This document shows positions 62,201 through 64,000 of a DNA stretch of 64,000 bases, one piece after another. The position numbers and the translations under genes are program-made. This DNA comes from an uncultured Candidatus Saccharibacteria bacterium (lineage in GTDB: Bacteria > Patescibacteriota > Saccharimonadia > Saccharimonadales > JALRHH01), in assembly GCA_964559915.1 (NCBI GenBank), contig CAZLJP010000002.1, positions 130,423 to 194,422 on the forward strand. Direction: 5' to 3'. Each line of letters opens with the position of its first letter. Position 1 is the stretch's first letter. The notes beneath the pieces were generated by a model that was not told where the DNA came from, made no database searches, and was given only the letters and a program-made list of their open reading frames with translations.

Positions 62201-64000
62201 GGTGTTTCGCTGGAAGGCTACATTGCCGGTGTTGGCAACAGTCAGATTAGAGGTAAAGCCGGCAGCCTCATCTACTGTTAATGTACCGTAGATTCTTGTA
62301 TTTACGCCTGTACGAGAGATTGAAACAGCTGTTGAGTTGGTATCTGTCCCGATACTCAATGTACCGCTGCTAGCGCGACCAACCAGTGGTGATAATACGC
62401 TGGTATCAGCATATAACGTTCGCCAACCATTGCCACCGGTAGCCCCAAGGTCAAGACCACTTGTGCCAACCAATAGCGAAGTGTTCACTGCGACTGTACC
62501 ACTGAGGTTGCTGAGTTGCTGGTTAGCACCACCACCTGCTACTGCAGTGCCGCCAATGACACGCCAGACACTTGATGCGCTGTCGTATGCTAACTGCACA
62601 CTTGAGCCAGCAGGTACGGACAAAGTACCGCCCGTACCGGTAACGACATGGTTTGCCGGAGTAGCGCTGGTGCTATTGCCTATAGATACTGCGTTAGCAC
62701 TGGCATTTACCAGAGTGATGACACGGCCGTCTGCCCCGCCTGCTATGCCATTAATAGTAAGAGCAGATGCGCTAGTGATGCGGAACAGTACACCAGTGCC
62801 AAAGTTGATACTATCTTGTGTGCCAGTTGCAGTGTAGTCGGTAGTGTTGCGCTGGAAGGCTACATTGCCAGTGTTGGCGACCGTAAAATTGCCCGTCACA
62901 GACACCGTATCATTAAGACTTATAGTACCTGTGCCGTTAGCCTGCAAGGTTAGGTTCTGATTCGCTTGGGTGGTAATATCGCTGGTCTGGCCGCCGATTA
63001 GGGTGAGAACCCCTGCCGTTGACAGGTCAAAGTTAGTGGCATCAATAGCAAGCGTCCCCGCATTGTGGCCGATGCTTATATTAGTAGCATTGGCGGTGCC
63101 AAGGCTGAGTGCAGCAGCGGTTGGAGTATCAAAAGCTGGCGCCTGCAGAGAGGTGTCGGCGCGACCAGTGCCAGAAATCCAGAAATTACCAGATTGCTGC
63201 GCAGCGTTCTGGTTATTAATAGATGTGCCGTCAGCACCAGCAAAGGTCCAGACACTGCCGTTCCACATCAAGGTAGCGGTCGCACCAGCGTTGAGCGTCG
63301 ACCCCAACATGCCAAAGCTCGCGCTGCCAATGTTGGCTATATATATGATGCGGCCAGCAGCTGTATTAGTTGGGCTGGGCAACGTAATGGTCTGGCTAGC
63401 TGAAGTTTGGTTAATCGTAAAGCTGGTGTAGATATCAACCGACTGGGCGGCGGTCAGTGGCGTGCCAGGCGTGCCACCCAGTGCACCACCATCAGAGTCA
63501 TTAAGCACAGCCTTAACGGTATTGAGTGTTGCGCCATTGTTGGTGAAGGTCGTACCGGAGCCGGCTGATGCACCAACCGTTAGGTTGCCGTTGTTGGTAG
63601 TTGCAACCCCTACTTTACCAATAGTGATACCAGAAGTATTGGCTGTACCAATAGAAATTGTGCCCGTTGTTCCCGAGCCCGACTTAGTACCTGTATCAAT
63701 CGTAAGGTTGCCCGAGCTGTTATTGCTAGCAGTAGCATCACCTGTTTTGATGGTTATAGCACCTGAGGTGTTGCCACTGCCAGAGCTGACGTCACCGCTC
63801 TTGACAGTCAAGTCGAGACTATTAGATGAGCCGCTTACAACATCTGCGGTCTTTAGAGACGGTGATATGAGGCCTGTGTCTGCGCGGCCCGTGCCACTAA
63901 TCCAGAAGTTGGCAGTTGTCTGTGCGCTGCCACTTTGGTTCAGAATATAGCTGGCCGAACCACTGTCAACGCCAGCGTTGGTCCACGCTGTACCACTCCA
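59264..64000 (-). CDS. giant surface protein with duplicated beta-repeat modules and two CBM4/9-like jelly-roll modules (N-terminus beyond the right edge)
   Basis: The track lists 59264-63811 starting at a TTG. I translated 63812-64000 in the same frame and found no stop (…WSGTAWTNAGVDSGSASYILNQSGSAQTTANFWISGTGRADTGLISPSLKTADVVSGSSNSLD-). The gene is therefore open at the window edge, at least 1578 codons. Confidence 0.8.
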   Translation of the reverse strand, partial: WSGTAWTNAGVDSGSASYILNQSGSAQTTANFWISGTGRADTGLISPSLKTADVVSGSSNSLDLTVKSGDVSSGSGNTSGAITIKTGDATASNNSSGNLTIDTGTKSGSGTTGTISIGTANTSGITIGKVGVATTNNGNLTVGASAGSGTTFTNNGATLNTVKAVLNDSDGGALGGTPGTPLTAAQSVDIYTSFTINQTSASQTITLPSPTNTAAGRIIYIANIGSASFGMLGSTLNAGATATLMWNGSVWTFAGADGTSINNQNAAQQSGNFWISGTGRADTSLQAPAFDTPTAAALSLGTANATNISIGHNAGTLAIDATNFDLSTAGVLTLIGGQTSDITTQANQNLTLQANGTGTISLNDTVSVTGNFTVANTGNVAFQRNTTDYTATGTQDSINFGTGVLFRITSASALTINGIAGGADGRVITLVNASANAVSIGNSTSATPANHVVTGTGGTLSVPAGSSVQLAYDSASSVWRVIGGTAVAGGGANQQLSNLSGTVAVNTSLLVGTSGLDLGATGGNGWRTLYADTSVLSPLVGRASSGTLSIGTDTNSTAVSISRTGVNTRIYGTLTVDEAAGFTSNLTVANTGNVAFQRNTTSYTVTGTQEITLGTGVLHRVTSATSTPILTGLTGGADGRIITLMNASGSTLTIQNDSGGTAANRIITGSGLNSIMPANGSIQLAYDSASSRWRIIGSSGGDSIQLQSTTPGTAQTGNFNVSGTGIAGTALYSPLFDTATAVALGIGTSNATNISIGHNGGTIAIDGTNFDLSTAGVLTLAGSQTSTGDINTAASGAGSSLTIKVGNSTNSGVAGGALTLQGGAATAGNANGGAVTIAGGAGFGTGTQGLVNLSTTAFSTSLVQTFGSPGVQGFNNPDNSIINAYSTIPVSASTTGVIISIPDPAQNVIGRIVYVAGRSGSSDFTIRMNASRTPIDIAMKQNSTATLIWNGTDWTAAGASSSTDLQSAYNNTLTSAGGAEILLNPVGGNADGFTIRNNGTTPIVGGLLEVQSSTGSNLLSVNNNATEYAVNGGAETSTGFSTNWQATPSGGSVGRDVSNYATGQSSVSVSTSATNHGARNILSTALSSGVSYAVSFTAKTDAAYSGFSGLQIVYSPDGTNTGTVTCASGQTVTKANWSRISCTFIASGSITSNNSVFIRQTDGTTRVFYIDNLSVQVNANMTFAADGSVSSSLGSNWGTYNGAAPASQSSTVYDGQYAVSVGVTGATQGVRNNMAVTPAASTQYLVTFYAKASTGTATIAAGFLPAGGNGAPAAAQQCVDYNTQSIPSTGWQRVTCIVTTSSSGISDPDLVIYQTDATTRTLYIDALTITLNTNNSNNVQVGGVNKGGPITLLTLDRAASAPIAANNDAYLGSMYYDTTTGRIQCYEADGWGACGSSPDNIITLTPEYAGAVLGGPGNGNSAGIGVMTSEFCSTESGVLTLGTLCATHEARNYYHWTSPQATEQVYSIYVTYKLPSTFKEFNDSNTIKLTALTDSTSNAIATLQVFRKPPTTAQNIASCGSATTINSTTGTWEQTSFGGDERACSFAAGDNIIFKIDMKSKSNGNIYVENLDFVYNNN
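61690..63130 (-). repeat. large in-frame internal duplications within the third giant gene
   Basis: CGCTGGAAGGCTACATTGCC occurs at 62208 and 62850 (642 bp = 214 aa apart). GTGGCCGATGCTTATATTAGTAGCATTG occurs at 61727 and 63065 (1338 bp = 446 aa apart). The protein modules VAFQRNTTxYTxTGTQ...GGADGRxITLxNAS...QLAYDSASSxWRxIG and GNFxxSGTG...FDTxTAxALxxGTxNATNISIGHNxGTxAIDxTNFDLSTAGVLTL each occur twice. Confidence 0.65.

Noticed and set aside
61170-63950. Plus-strand ORFs of 100-258 aa (61170-61946, 62337-62837, 62970-63431, 63462-63950) antisense to the third giant gene
   Set aside because: The same shadow-ORF effect applies. They are low-complexity P/A/V/L translations fully contained in a long minus-strand ORF with clear modular repeats.
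1-64000. Scan for tRNA, rRNA, tmRNA, RNase P RNA, CRISPR arrays, IS elements and integrases
   Set aside because: The intergenic gaps are all at most 470 bp. None shows a T-loop GGTTCGAATCC-type sequence, rRNA-like blocks, regularly spaced direct repeats or transposase-like ORFs. A by-eye scan cannot exclude small or divergent RNAs.

Overview
This is a gene-dense 64 kb window, roughly 90% coding. About 57 kb is coded on the minus strand in long, tightly packed or overlapping gene strings. I saw no rRNA, tRNA, CRISPR array, transposase or integrase.

**Likely source.** The content looks like a small-genome monoderm bacterium, most plausibly Patescibacteria/CPR and Saccharibacteria-like. This is inferred from several features:
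- a class I LysRS
- a ProRS without the INS editing domain
- Firmicutes-like synteny with biosynthetic genes missing
- several giant surface proteins

**Core genes recognised.** xseAB, rpmA, pyrG, ctp, ftsEX plus a PcsB-like CHAP hydrolase, prfB, an M16 peptidase, secA, hpf, serS, rsmE, an m5U RNA methyltransferase, msrA, class I lysRS, greA, proS, rseP, uppS, frr, tsf, rpsB, rpmE (type B), prfA, prmC, htrA, an LCP ligase, lepB and parAB.

**Most interesting items.**
1. 22630-23571 encodes a heliorhodopsin-like 7-TM protein. It keeps the helix-7 lysine, has Asp at the counterion position, and carries a histone-H1-like Lys/Ala/Thr N-terminal tail. It sits directly behind msrA, DUF427 and an FMN reductase.
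2. 45106-64000 is a ~19 kb locus of three giant membrane-anchored surface proteins.
   - One is a tail-fibre-like protein with an internal S74 autoprotease domain.
   - One is a 2068-aa protein with 18 Kelch-like blades.
   - One exceeds 1570 aa, carries CBM-like modules and runs off the right edge.
3. A membrane-anchored PL7 (alginate-lyase-like) protein sits exactly where pyrH normally lies in the rpsB-tsf-pyrH-frr cluster.
4. 4313-5746 is an orphan monocistronic HEXXH protein.
5. Long structured leaders lie upstream of hpf and proS.

All functional calls rest on motifs read by eye and need profile or structure searches.
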